Positions 21,528 to 33,669 of a DNA stretch of 64,000 nt are shown in pieces. The notes under the pieces are model-generated. The model had not been told where the DNA came from. It was given only the letters and a program-made list of their open reading frames with translations, and searched no databases. Position 1 is the first letter of the stretch. Each line of letters begins with the position of its first letter. The translations under genes and the position numbers were made by a program. The stretch is from Lepidodermella squamata (lineage: Eukaryota > Animalia > Gastrotricha), in the NCBI GenBank assembly GCA_047495785.1, contig JBLDXI010000002.1, forward strand, positions 248,001 to 312,000, written 5' to 3'.

Positions 21528-22631
21528 ATGCACATGATTGCTCTAGCTATAAGTTACTCAATTCTGATCGACCAAGCCTTCGGACATTTTGCAAGAGAGA
21601 TAATATATACTCGTCCTAAATCGTCGTCGATACGAGTTCGTCGCCAGCCTGGTCAATCTAATATTAATGCCCATCAGAATAGCTTGGATACAGATCTCCA
21701 GGCTGTTCGAGACTTTGTGGAAACAAGTCTCAGGTTGGAAAGAACACCTGCACCACCACTGCAACCAGCTCCAGGAACAAGACGGCGAGTAGTGACATTC
21801 CACGAAGATACCGTATTTCACACCGGCAGACCAGTAAGAAGGCCGTTGTCCGAGAGCCGATTCAACATACCGCCTAATCCACCGGCAGAAGGCCAAGTAC
21901 CGCCCCCTCCTCAGCAACAACCAGCGGCAGCACCAATAATTGTCACGATGAGCCCAGAGCAATTTCAGGAATTGTTTGGGATCGATGCTCAATCAATATC
22001 AAAGAGCGCACAAGAGAACGCGATAGAACTTGAAGAGGATTACCTTTTCGGCGATTATGTGGATCAAGGGAAACCTGTTGGAAAATCACAGCCGGAAATG
22101 TCGATAATTCCTCGTCAGCCCGTTCAACGAAAGATATCAAGCCTCGACTCACCTTTGGCTGACGCTGTTGGGCCTCTGAATAATGATGGGTCGAGTAAAG
22201 GCAATTCCTTCGCCCAAAAGGCGAAATCATTTTGGCAGCGGAATAAACGCGGAGTAAAAATTGCTGGCGCAGTGTTTGCCGCCTTAGCGGTCATTGGGAT
22301 TGTTGCTGGTATCACATATGCTCTAACAAGACAGCAGAAAATTTCGAATTCCCGTGAGAGCCTAGAAGGAAAAGACAGACGCCTGAGAGCAGGCCTGTTA
22401 ACTAGCGATCAAATGTTGGGGAGAGTTGGTTATGATGAACAGGGAACGCTGTACGGCCGCGTTGCCATGATAATGGAAGCAAGCAGTCCGGTTACATCAT
22501 TGGTCGCTCAGAACTTCGAGATTTTAAGAATCGGCGAGGTTTGGCCCGCTCCAACGTCAGAGGCAGCCTCAATGGATACTTTAATCAGATTTGAACCGAT
22601 TTCGATTGATGCTGCATATTCCACCTATTAA
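21528..22631 (+). CDS. Novel family member 4
   Basis: SYSILIDQAFG, RVRR|QP, Pro-rich region with RRVVTF; C-terminal half nearly identical to member 3. Confidence 0.88.
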   Translation: MHMIALAISYSILIDQAFGHFAREIIYTRPKSSSIRVRRQPGQSNINAHQNSLDTDLQAVRDFVETSLRLERTPAPPLQPAPGTRRRVVTFHEDTVFHTGRPVRRPLSESRFNIPPNPPAEGQVPPPPQQQPAAAPIIVTMSPEQFQELFGIDAQSISKSAQENAIELEEDYLFGDYVDQGKPVGKSQPEMSIIPRQPVQRKISSLDSPLADAVGPLNNDGSSKGNSFAQKAKSFWQRNKRGVKIAGAVFAALAVIGIVAGITYALTRQQKISNSRESLEGKDRRLRAGLLTSDQMLGRVGYDEQGTLYGRVAMIMEASSPVTSLVAQNFEILRIGEVWPAPTSEAASMDTLIRFEPISIDAAYSTY

Positions 22632-22760
22632 TGCGATATATGATTCGGATTATTAGGACTTGAAGTATCAATTATCCTAATAAAGAATAGCTCGGAATCA
22701 TAATCAATAAATTTTGGTAGCCATATCAGTCGCTCAAGAAAACATGTTTAGCCTCAATAG

Positions 22761-22871
22761 GGCGATGGAACTCTGTATGGCCGTGTTACCGTGGACATGC
22801 ATGCTAGCAACCCGATTGCAGCCTTAGTTTCGGAAAACTTTGAACTGCTGACGTTTCGAGACTTTTTCTAA
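22761..22871 (+). pseudogene. Relic of the family C-terminal domain
   Basis: Translates GDGTLYGRVTVDMHASNPIAALVSENFELLTFRDFF*; too short for the ORF track. Confidence 0.8.
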
Positions 22872-23059
22872 CAACAAACCCAGCTTCGGCTTTTCAGCTT
22901 GACAGTTTCAGCTTGAACACCAGCCGATTTTTACAAATTACCGAAATTTTTTATATTACAAAAAATGAATGACCCTAAAAATTCTGCCTTCATTTTAAAT
23001 ATCAATGTGAGGGAGAGGGCTAATTTCTTCAGTACCTATATATTAGCCTATTAAGTTGA

Positions 23060-24194
23060 ATGCGACTGCTTGCTGTAATTTTATCCCACCGTATTCTGAC
23101 TGAACAAATAATATTCGGAGAATATAATAAGGATTTGAGGTTGCCGCGATTTCGTCGCCAGCCTGGTGGATTTCCCGTCCCAACCAGAACGCCAAACCTT
23201 GGCAATGATCATAGTGAGATAGATGCCGTAGCCAATGAACTCTCACCAAAGACCTAGTAGCGGAGTCTATTGAATACCAGAAAACCCTATCCAAGACATT
23301 AATCAATCCCCAGGCTTTAAATGAGTTCTCATTGATTGCTGAGGGCGATTTACCGAAAGCAAGGCTGTCAAAACCGAGTCGGCAACATGCAGTGGCGACT
23401 ATACGTCGTTTGAGACCTAAGAGTCCACTTGTGGACCCATCTGATCCTTCCCTAAATGATTACTTTCGACCTGGTGTTAAAACTGATGAGTGGAATCGTG
23501 TACAGGCTTCTTTCGACCGGTGTGTTTAAAACTTGCCAATCGCAGGAGCAGGCAATGATGGACCAGTGGCCCCGGCGAATTCAGCACTACAATCGATCCG
23601 GCTGTACTTGAGGAGAATTTACTTTACGGGGATTACGTGGATCACGAGAGACCTGTTGGTAGTCCACCACCGGAAATATAGGCTTTACCTCGCGAGCCCG
23701 ATATCAAGCCTCGACTCATCTCTGGATAAAGCTGTCGGGCCTTTAAATTATGACGGGTCGAGTAAAGGCAATTCCTTCGCTCGAAAGGCAAAATCGCTTT
23801 GGGAACGAAACAAACGAGGGATTAAAATTGCCGGTGCAGTTTTCGCCGCAATAGCTGTGATTGGAACTGTTGCTGGTATCATGTATGCTGTCACAAGAAA
23901 GAAGGAAAATTCGAGTTTCCGTGAGAGCATGGAAGCAAACGACAGACGCCTGAGAGCAGGCCTGTTAATTAGCAATGAAATGTTGGGGAGAGCTGCTTAT
24001 GCTGAACAAGGAACTCTGTACGGTCGCGTTGCTATGGTAATGGAGGCAAGCAGCTCGGTCACGGGATTGATCGCTCAGAATTTCGAGCTATTTAAGATTC
24101 GCGATGTTTGGCCTACCCCTACAGCAGAGGCAGCCTCAGGGGATACATTTATTTTGAAAAGATCTTGGGTGATGCTGCATACTCCACTTATTAA
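23060..24194 (+). pseudogene. Novel family member 5, frameshifted pseudogene
   Basis: LSHRILTEQIIFG...RFRRQPG start, several frameshifts and stops relative to member 3, and a recognisable TM and LYGRVAMVMEASS domain. A motif variant lies at ~22977-22992. Confidence 0.85.
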
Positions 24195-24309
24195 TTGTCA
24201 ATGAATTATCATAACAAAGAATCGCTTGGAATCACCCTGTTTGCGAGCTTGTGGTGAATTTCATCCGAAGTGTAAAGCGTTTAAACAAAGCAAAACGGCT
24301 AGTGCTGTG

Positions 24310-24445
24310 AAAAGCCCTCCTTTATATATTATAATAGAAAATTCATTTCGATGGTGTAACTCCAGCTTTTTTGATTCGTTCAGCCGCTGTGATAATATCG
24401 TACGCAGCCCTACACTTTGCGCTTGGTGATTCAAGCTGGTAACCC
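24310..24445 (+). pseudogene. Family upstream motif followed by a decayed signal-peptide relic
   Basis: AAAAGCCCTCCTTTA (24310-24324), then SAAVIISYAAL, resembling the family signals SFGVILSYALL and IALAISYSIL. Confidence 0.4.
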
Positions 24446-25109
24446 AATAACAGCTTTGATCTCTCACATTTTCAATTTTTCGAGGTTTTAAAGACTGAGG
24501 TTAGATGACCAACTGCAAAAATGAGTGTGTGTAAGCTTATAGCTTATACTATGAAACTAGCGAGTGTGAGGAGGATGTGTCACAAAAAATTAATGGTACC
24601 GTTTCTGACGCTTAAAGGTGAGTTCGCAAACGTCCGGTTCGCCGTATCGTATCGTAGAGTAGAATAGTTAAGCTTCCGCCGTGTTGACCGTGGAGAAGGT
24701 CAGTGGTTCGCAGTCCAAGGAACTGAGCAGAGCGCACGGCTGAGTGGCAGCAATATCGATCCAAGTCGGAACTACAAGTTTTTTGATAGTTTTATGTCTT
24801 TCTATGTGTTATAAAATCTACAATCGGTCGCCAAGGAGGATATGTGTCTGCCCTTAATAAATTACTTCGATCAATAATTTTAGAGGGTTATAATGGTACA
24901 CAGTATAAAGCCTTTTATCTTCAAATTGCCATTAGGAATTATCTGACCTCATATTTTCTCAGGGATAGGAATCTCTGTGAGCTGCCCACGATCTTTTAAT
25001 CCTCTCAAAGTTAACCATGTTTGACAGGTATCATATTTCATCATCGTCAGATGCCTGAAATGAGTGGATGAAATAGGATGAATTCTAGTCCCTCTTTCAC
25101 AGCTCAAAA

Positions 25110-27401
25110 ATGACTACTATAACGCACATTACTTTTATGTCGATTTTAACAGCAGTGATGTGCAAGCCTTACAATTTAATGGTTATGCAAACATTCCCTA
25201 TCACTGGTGTTGCACCAAATTTCGGCAGGACTTGCAGCCTTATTTCAAATTTAATGGCCGGGATGGTTAATAACCGATCTGATTTTCTTCCCGACTACAG
25301 CATCGCGTTTCGTTTCGAGGACGAGTCAGTCGGGCTATACAATCCATTGATAATCGCAAGCTATTCTCGAGGTATGGATGACAGGAATGATACGTACTTT
25401 TCCCCACTGATTTTAGGCGGAGGCTTGTCAAGTGGAGTAATGAGAGGAGCTCCGTTGCTCAAGCCGTTAAACCTGATTCAGATATGCTTGGGCTGCTCGG
25501 CTGCAATTCTGGCTGATCACCAGCGCTATCCTAATCTGTGGCTGATGATGGCTGGTGGAGATGTACTTGCTATGTCCATTGTGAAATTTATCGGGCAAGT
25601 CGGAAAATGGAGCAGAATAGGAATCCTGACTTCTCCGGGAAACCCTTATGACTATACAACTGCGTTATGGGTTCAAAAGATAGCAATCGAGAGTGGCATT
25701 GCAGTTCCAGTTTTCGACGTTCGGTTGGAAATTGACGATGACTCGATGTCTCCCTTGATCGAAAACGACATTAGGATCATTGTGCTCATGACCAGCGTTT
25801 CGACAACTGTGACTCAATACCATTGCGCCGCGTACAGAAAAGGTCTAACTGGAGCCAAATATGTCTTTTTGAGTGACGGATATGGCTACGTCACTTCGAA
25901 TCCTGATTTTAAAATCGGCTGTGATCGAGATGCGATAGCAATTCAACAGAAGCAAACTATTTGGTTCCAGTCAAGCACCGTAAATCTGGATCCTAGTGCT
26001 AGATCAGAGTTGGGATTCAATTCTATTGAGTTTGATGTGATGCTTAATAGTGCTTTGATGGCTAGAGGATGGGCACCGACTCCGGACTATGGCAACAGAA
26101 GGCTTTGTCATGATTTAACGCTTAAAGGCCTGCGAACACTAGATGAAGCAGAGAAGGAATTGAAAACTCGAGGGCTGTCACTTCGAGACTACAAAACCCA
26201 GCCTGAAGTGATCGCTGAAGTAATAAATCGAACTCTAGGGACGATAACAGTTAATGGCCTTCGAATTGGTGCTATGAAGTATAGTCCACGTGGCCAAGTT
26301 GACGATGACTCAATCGTTGCATCAAACCTTCAAGGAAACGACTTGAAAGGATACTATGTACAGCAGCGCCATCATAACTCTTCAGATTTCAAGCATGAAT
26401 CCTTCTACCTTCGGGAAATCGAACACTTCAACTGGTCGAACTGGTTAGGAATGGTCCCAAAAGACGCTAAAACGGTCGAAGTTGAAGTAGATGATGTTCC
26501 TTGGTCTATCGTAATAACCATCACGACTCTTGCGGTCTTTATCACATTTCCTGATTTTTTCCTTCTTTCAGCTTTGATTCATAAGTCGAAAGAGGGCGGA
26601 TTTCAATTCCGTAAGTTGATGCCGTTCTCCAAAACCCTTGGATTATTCGCTTGCATCGTTTTGAATACGGCGAGCATAGCTTTCGTCGTACCGATAAGGC
26701 AGAAATTCTACGAATTGGCTGTTGCAAGAACATGCTTACTGGTTATCGGCGTTTCTCTTCTTAATGGAGTCATTACAATTAGAGCTTTTTGCCCCGCACG
26801 AATGGTGTCAGCGTTAACTCGAAAACGTCGAAGGAAGAGTAGCCGAAGTGAGAATATTTTGGTTCTGGACAACGAAACAGCAAGGAGCATGGATCAAATG
26901 TGCTCAATCGGAGCCTTAGTCTACTCGAACCTTAACGTGGTAGTAATGATATCCGGCCTTATGAGCAGCCCTATCTCATGCTCGTTCCAGGGGTCAGAAA
27001 GTTCAGATCATTATGACTCGGAGAGTGACACATACGTTCAGATTATTGCCCCAATTTGCGGATCCAAAAACGATACTATATGGATTGTCCCGCTAATCAT
27101 TGTCAACCTTATCTCTCTCTGCATTGGAAGCTTCCACATTTATCAATTTAAGCTGAGAAAGGTCTCGATTAAAGGCGCTAACTTCATTGCAAGGATACCA
27201 GTATGTATAGCCAACTCCATAACCATCATAGTTGCTTGTTCTATGATCGTGATTACTTTCAAAGGCGTAATTGCCAGGCAAATTGCTGTTTCATTCGCTT
27301 GCTTAGTTCTATCAGGAGGTACTGCGCTGATTTGGGCCTGGCCAACTGGTACGGAGCAAAAATTTCGTCCGAGCTCTGTCCATCCCCTCGACCGTTTGTG
27401 A
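25110..27401 (+). CDS. Class C GPCR, GABA-B-like (Venus flytrap + 7TM, no cysteine-rich domain), copy 1; intronless
   Basis: Signal peptide; ANF-receptor/VFT features (LPDY, ILGGGLSS, LIQICLGCSAAILADHQRYPNLW, GKWSRIGIL, CAAYRKGLTGAKYVF); seven hydrophobic helices in the C-terminal 300 aa. Confidence 0.85.
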   Translation: MTTITHITFMSILTAVMCKPYNLMVMQTFPITGVAPNFGRTCSLISNLMAGMVNNRSDFLPDYSIAFRFEDESVGLYNPLIIASYSRGMDDRNDTYFSPLILGGGLSSGVMRGAPLLKPLNLIQICLGCSAAILADHQRYPNLWLMMAGGDVLAMSIVKFIGQVGKWSRIGILTSPGNPYDYTTALWVQKIAIESGIAVPVFDVRLEIDDDSMSPLIENDIRIIVLMTSVSTTVTQYHCAAYRKGLTGAKYVFLSDGYGYVTSNPDFKIGCDRDAIAIQQKQTIWFQSSTVNLDPSARSELGFNSIEFDVMLNSALMARGWAPTPDYGNRRLCHDLTLKGLRTLDEAEKELKTRGLSLRDYKTQPEVIAEVINRTLGTITVNGLRIGAMKYSPRGQVDDDSIVASNLQGNDLKGYYVQQRHHNSSDFKHESFYLREIEHFNWSNWLGMVPKDAKTVEVEVDDVPWSIVITITTLAVFITFPDFFLLSALIHKSKEGGFQFRKLMPFSKTLGLFACIVLNTASIAFVVPIRQKFYELAVARTCLLVIGVSLLNGVITIRAFCPARMVSALTRKRRRKSSRSENILVLDNETARSMDQMCSIGALVYSNLNVVVMISGLMSSPISCSFQGSESSDHYDSESDTYVQIIAPICGSKNDTIWIVPLIIVNLISLCIGSFHIYQFKLRKVSIKGANFIARIPVCIANSITIIVACSMIVITFKGVIARQIAVSFACLVLSGGTALIWAWPTGTEQKFRPSSVHPLDRL

Positions 27402-27657
27402 TAATCATGGAATGCAATCAAGTCTAAAAGCTGGGGATCAAACTCATGGACGGTGTTTTACGCACGAACTTTATTTCGATTGCGAATTCTATTATCAGAG
27501 TTATTAGCCATGATTAAAGTTTGGAAAGTGTCGATCGTGAAACATTGCACTTACACAGCTTCGTAAATCAATGTTTGGTACATTCATGAAATGCAGTAAA
27601 TAGCTAGTCCGAAATGGATCAGAACACCCGCTTGAAAATTAAGGGATCTAATTGAAG

Positions 27658-27823
27658 CAGTGTGCGAAGTAGGATCCGGGAGCTGAGGTGTTTTCTACTT
27701 GTTTTCTGGGACCCAGCCGAAGAAACCAAAGGGTCCCCCCTGTGGTTTTTTCAGCCTTTCTCTGGTTTGGGTCCCGGAGCTGGGGTGTCGCGACACCCCA
27801 GCACCCCGGTACTTCGCACCCTG
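27658..27823. mobile_element. hAT-family MITE (166 bp)
   Basis: TIRs CAGTGTGCGAAGTA / CAGGGTGCGAAGTA (rc); 8-bp TSD AATTGAAG (27650-27657, 27824-27831); internal palindrome GCTGGGGTGTCGCGACACCCCAGC. Confidence 0.9.
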
Positions 27824-29347
27824 AATTGAAGCATGGTAAAAGGAGCTAGTTCAATGTGTTTTTTCACAATAGTCTTCTTTTCACGCTATTCTTAGAGACA
27901 AATTACTGATATCAGTCAATAGGAAAAGCCGGAAATAATTTGGACCACAACGCCGTTAAGGTTCCCTGAATCTGCCAGGATCTTTGTCCCAAATTGTTTT
28001 AAACTTGAACAAGAAGTATTTCGGAGTACATTTAAGAATATTTTGACTGAGTTATTCACTCAGTTACTTGTCATGGTCGCTTTGGAAATTGGAAACTAAC
28101 AGAAAGTTTTCAAAATTTGGCAATATTTACTAGAATTCTCTCTTCCATGTTCCGCAATTTAACCCATTGAAAGGGACAAACAATTGCGCAGCCTTTATTA
28201 CAGATTACGCCGCCACAGCAATTTATCGCCAAACTTTCCAATTTTATCGGTTATTGGTAGATGTTTCAACACACTGCTCGCGTGTTTTTTTCGCAAAATT
28301 GTATTTCTTCCGTCCTTTTGACGTCTCATGTTCGTTTCTGACAAGCAAGACACCCCGCAAGTTGAGGGTTGAGGGCAGGGTATGCAGAAGCCTGGTTTTG
28401 GTCTATTTTCATGAGCATAAGTTTCGATGTAATGCGAGGACATGAAACAAATCTACTTATATTGAAAGGTTTTCAATAGGATTTCCTTTTCTGTATCTTT
28501 AAGATTAATTTATTAAGATCAAAATGAACACACTGCAAAAAACTACACACACCACTCTCTACACGTTCCAATGACCCGGAATACTTTAAGGGCAAAGCAT
28601 TTATTTCAACGATTGTTTCGGTCGGAAATTTGCGTTCATCTGCCTCAATTGCTTGGTACAATATGGATTTCTTATTTTTCAATATACCTATATGATTCAA
28701 GAAAGGCGGAATTTGATTTTTACTCTTGTAGCGATGAGTTGAGCAGAGATTTTTTATGAAGAAGTGCTGTGTGTTTGGCGGTTTTAAGATAGATTTGTTC
28801 TAGAAATCGTTTCGCTAAAATCGCAGCAACGACATGGGCCTTTTCCGTTGAGTTTAGCTTACAGCTTACGTCTGCATGAAACATGAAGCCATAATGTGTG
28901 GGAAGTCATGAAAGTTTGGCACGATCATTGCTTGCTAACAGTTTCGTGATCATACTCCTACCACGAATTCTGCTTGCCTAGAAATGAGTTACAACTTCCT
29001 GTCGAAGTAATATAACTACGGCGCCAAGTTTTCATTGCATCACCCAATGCATTATGGGATTGATAATATGTGCAACTTATCAATATTATTTTAAGTAAGC
29101 GAATTAAACTGACAGCCCCGACAGTCTGAAATTTCAAAATCTGAGAGCATCACTTTGTAGATTCAACCTTTTCCACTTAGCACAGGAAACAACCACGAAC
29201 CCTACTCTCCACGATAATAGCAACGACGATTTCAGTTTCATCCATTAGAAATGCGAGACGGAGTTACATTTTTAGCGCCAAAGGTTTTCATATATACACA
29301 AGCTGTTTGCATTTGAAAGCGATCGAGTTTTCCTAAAATATAACACA

Positions 29348-31641
29348 ATGATTTTCGCCAGGCTGATACTGATAATCACCGCGTTTATGCCAATCGCATC
29401 CAAGAAGTATAATTTGACAATCATGCAGACGTTCCCCATCACTGGTGTTGCGCCGAATTTCGGCAGAACTTGCAGCCTTATTTCGAATTTAATCGCTGGA
29501 ATATTCAATAACCAGAGTTATCTTCTTCCCGACTACAACATCTTGTTTCAATTCGAAGACGAATCGATCGGGCTCTACAATCCATTGAGAATCGCTAGCT
29601 ATGCTCGAAATATGGACGATCGTAACGATACGTACTTTTCTCCGCTGATTTTGGGCGGAGGCTTGTCAAGTGGAGTAATGAGAGGAGCTCCGTTGCTCAA
29701 GCCGTTAAACTTGATTCAGATATGCTTGGGCTGCTCGGCCGCAATTCTGGTTGATCACAAGCGCTATCCTAATCTGTGGCTGATGATGGCCGGTGGAGAC
29801 GTCCTCGCTATGTCGATTGTGAAATTTATCGGACAAGTCGGGAAATGGAGCAGAATAGGAATCCTGACATCACCGGTCAACCCTTATGACTATACAACTG
29901 CGCTATGGGTTCAAAAGATAGCAATCGAGAGTGGTATCGCTGTTCCAGTTTTTGATGTTCGGTTGGAAATTGACGATGACTCGATGACTCCCTTGATCGA
30001 AAACGACATAAGGATCATTGTGCTCATGACCAGCGTTTCGACAACTGTGACTCAATACCATTGCGCTGCGTACAGAAAAAGACTAACTGGTGCCAAATAT
30101 GTCTTTCTGAGCGACGGATATGGCTACGTCACATCTAATCCTGATTTGAAAATTGGCTGCGACCGAGATGCAATAGCAATTCAACAGAGGCAAACGATTT
30201 GGTTCCAGTCAAGCACCGTAAATCTGGATCTTAGTGCTAGATCAGAGATGGGATTCAACTCGAGTGAGTTCGATGCGATGCTTAATAGTGCTTTGATGGC
30301 CCAGATTACGGAAATCGAAGGCTTTGTCACGATTTAACGCTTAAAGGCCTGCGAACACTAGATGAAGCGGAGAAAGAATTGAAATCTCGAGGGCTGTCTC
30401 TTCGAGACTACAAAACGTACCCGTGGCTGATTGCTGAAATAGTGAACAGAACCTTAGGGACCATCGTAGTTAACGGTCTTCGGATCGGGGCGATGAAGTA
30501 CAGTCCACGTGGCCAAGTTGACGATGACTTAATTGTTGCATCACATTTTCAAGGGAACGCCATGAAAGGATACTATGTACAGCATCGGCGACAGAATGCT
30601 TCTGCATTCGAATACGATTCTTTTTATATTGAAGAAATCGAGCCTTTCTCTTGGCCAAACTGGCAAGAAAAAGTTCCGAAGGATACAAAAAGTACTAATA
30701 TTGTGATAGATGGTGTGCCATTGCCGGTTTTTATAGGCGTATCTGCTATGGCGGCTTTGTTGACCTTGAATGATTTTTTAGTCCTAGCCCTTATAACCCA
30801 TCGATCGAAAGAGGGAGGAATGCGATTTTGGAAATGCTTGCCGTTCTCTCAGGCCGGGGGATTGTTAGCATGTATAATCCTAAACCTGGCTAGCATTTTC
30901 TATGCATTACCAATGCAGCAGAGATATGAACTAGCTTTAGCTGGACAATGTCTATTGGTAATCGGTGCTTCAATTCTCAATAGTATTCTAGCCTTCAGAT
31001 GTTTCAGTCCTATGCGAGCGGCATCACTTCTTCCTCAGTTAATTCAGCGTTTAAGTCTAGTTAAACGTAATGAGAACACTTTTGAGTTAAATATACCCAC
31101 AGCGAAAAGCTTAGACCGCATGGCTTCAATAGGCGCAATGCTGTTTTCCTTGTTGAATATCGCAATTATGGCTGGTGGAGTAGCCGTAAATCCAGTGGTT
31201 TGTTCCATTCAGATTTTGAGTCAAGCTGATCAGTACGATCCGATAAGTGACACGCTAACTCTCAACTTGGCACAGGTTTGTGTCTCAGCAAATGAAGTTA
31301 TATGGGTGGCAATCATAGTCGCAATCACTCTTCTAAATCTCGGTGCTGGCTGTTTGTCTTTCTATCAATTCAAGCAGCGTAAGATTATGATTGTAGGCGG
31401 AGAAGTTCTTACAGGTTTTCCTATGCCTGTGATCAATTCAATAGGTCTCATAATTGCGAGCTCCCTTATCGTGCTAACTCTAAATAGCGTCAGCGCTCGG
31501 CGAATTACCATTGCCATCGCTTGTCTCGCTTTATCGGGAGTGACGTCGCTAATATGGAGCTGGCGGAGCAGGAAACTGGACACGCCCACGATACCGGTGA
31601 CGAACAGTCTGCTATCGAGAGGGAGATCGTCTGCAATTTGA
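29348..31641 (+). pseudogene. Class C GPCR copy 2, split by a 19-nt deletion at ~30300
   Basis: Lacks TAGAGGATGGGCACCGACT, which is present in copy 1 and has a near-identical counterpart in copy 3. This gives a 329-aa VFT fragment plus an out-of-frame 7TM ORF. Confidence 0.85.
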
Positions 31642-31961
31642 GAACGCATTATTCATGTCGCGATGCGCGATGTGTTATTTATAATCTTTCTTTGCAAATT
31701 GTGTCTCAGCAAGGAGTTCAATCATTGAATGATACTGTTTTTCACTTGTAATTTTATGCTGTTAGACTGCTTGTTGTGCAATCACTTTCATACCACTCAC
31801 TTCTCCATCTTTACAATATGAAAACCGAATGAAATCAGCAAAAATGTGAACATTATTGTTTCTTAGCCTGCCATCTTTGCAGCGATTTGAAATGACTAAT
31901 TACTAGCCGGTGTCTTCCGATCCCGAAACAACGTAAAAGAGCTCAAATTCCCAGTCTCGAC

Positions 31962-32250
31962 ATGCCATCGAATGAATAGTTAGATTCAACCAGAGAGCGA
32001 AGTACCGCTAGGGATGGTAGGGATCATTCCTACCAGTTTGATCGGCCCGCAAGGTGAACTCAGCCAATGGCCAAAGAGGGGCCCTTACGTCGATTTTCCT
32101 TATCCTAACCAATTCGGCTGCCCTACTTCTCTGGATTCAACCATTGCGCCAACAGACCAATTCAGCCCTTTTTACCAACTTACCAACAATCGAATTCATA
32201 GACAATGATGTACCACTCCTAACTACAGGGCGTTCAAGAAATTATATCTA
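31962..32250 (+). pseudogene. Relic of a family gene (paralog of member 6) downstream of GPCR copy 2
   Basis: ATGCCATC start as at 36153; SLDSTIAPTDQFSP versus LLDSAIGQKDQFSP; the upstream 3'-UTR blocks at 31731-31765 and 36039-36072 are homologous. Confidence 0.6.
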
Positions 32251-32621
32251 ACCTTATTATAGAACGAACTTTAAACAGGCTGACGCGATACAAACTTTCA
32301 AATTTCAGAAGAAAATGGATGGCGTGTAACTAGTTCAAAACACTTCTTTCTTCAATACTTTCGCGCCAATGTTCATTTATTTTTAGGGGTAAAGTGAAGA
32401 GTGAAGTAATGCGAGCACGAAAAAAAGGAAGAATTCGGGGATTTTCTGAAATTTGCGTAGGCTCACGTCGTAGGCTCACGGCACGTTCAGCCAGAATCCA
32501 TTCGAGCAAATCGAGATCCAGTCCATCATAGCCTAGTTTACGACCAGCACCAGGAAGACGAGCGTGCTGCGAGCAAAATCAGCGAAAGACAAGGCGAGTA
32601 GTTCGACATGCTGCCATAGCT

Positions 32622-32712
32622 AAAATGGTTTGCCGATCGACATTAAACTGCGAGCAGCAGCAGAGACGCTGATATCTTTGGCGAATTCGACAGCTTTGAG
32701 CTTGAATATGCT
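32622..32712 (-). mobile_element. pogo/Tigger-type transposase N-terminal HTH (Brinker-like) relic
   Basis: FKLKAVEFAKDISVSAAAR-(frameshift)-FNVDRQTI. Confidence 0.6.
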
Positions 32713-32969
32713 GGCAAGCAGCATCGGCTTCAACACTTTCCACGGAAGGTGAAATGACAAAATGTAAGATAAAAACGATAAAAACGAGAATTGTTTTCGT
32801 TGTGTTGTTGTCGGAGATTGGTGAGTAGTGATTGGTGATTGGTGAGCAGGTGAAAATTTTCCATCCCTGGCAGCTCGGGGATTCAAGATCGCACCCTGTT
32901 GGTGAGAAATAGTTTCACTGTGGGTCCTATACCAGCCAATCATCTTTCCCAGTTATGCATCGATTATTA

Positions 32970-33197
32970 GAATATTTTCAAGCACTGTCGAGCAAAACAT
33001 ACGCCATTCAGGTTTGCGGCAAATTTTTCATCTGTGCTTTGGGCATGACCGAGAAGTTCATTCGCTGTGCCCTGCGAAAATTCCAACCATCTGTGTTATC
33101 AATAATCACAGATATGCAACGTCGCCATTCTCCTGGCAACAAGATCTCTGATGCGCAGTGTCAGCATGCTTCATCTTCCATTGCATCTCTTCCTCCT
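32970..33197 (+). mobile_element. DNA transposase fragment (Sola1-like N-terminal region)
   Basis: VCGKFFICALGMTEKFIRCALRK...DMQRRHSPGNKIS...IASLP resembles the VCxxFFxxTLxI...DxRGxH.P.NK...HIxSxP pattern recalled for these transposases. Confidence 0.5.
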
Positions 33198-33669
33198 ACA
33201 TATTCGGTCCTATTCCTGGTAAACTTACTTACCTAATTTAATTTTTGTCAGATCATTGTTTTTCTTAGCTTTCCTGCTTCTAAATTTCTGCGTTGCTGTC
33301 GTTGAAGGAGAAAATGTTTTAACATCCGTGCGTCGATGGCCGAATATCAGCTATGCCTCTCAAATGTTCTTGGGCATTTAGTTTTGACGCTTTTTAAGCG
33401 TTATTCGAGCAATTTCGCTTTAAATATATGTGAAAATATCGTCAGTCGCTTCGCTCGTGAAGGATCTATGAGCGAATTAGCCTCGCCTAGCAAGAAAATG
33501 CATGAAAGTCACGATTTTGCCACGGTATAGAACAGCTAATTATGCATGTTTTCAGAGCAAAGAAAATTAGGCAGAATCTGCTCACTGCATCGCCAGTCAA
33601 AGACTCTACTTACAGCGTTGCTCGTGTTTACATTTGAAAACATTGTTTTCTCAATATAAGTATAGTACG

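Noticed and set aside
24640-24720. tRNA or tRNA-derived SINE (GGTTCGCAGTCC B-box-like)
   Set aside because: No convincing cloverleaf, A-box or TSD could be built by eye.
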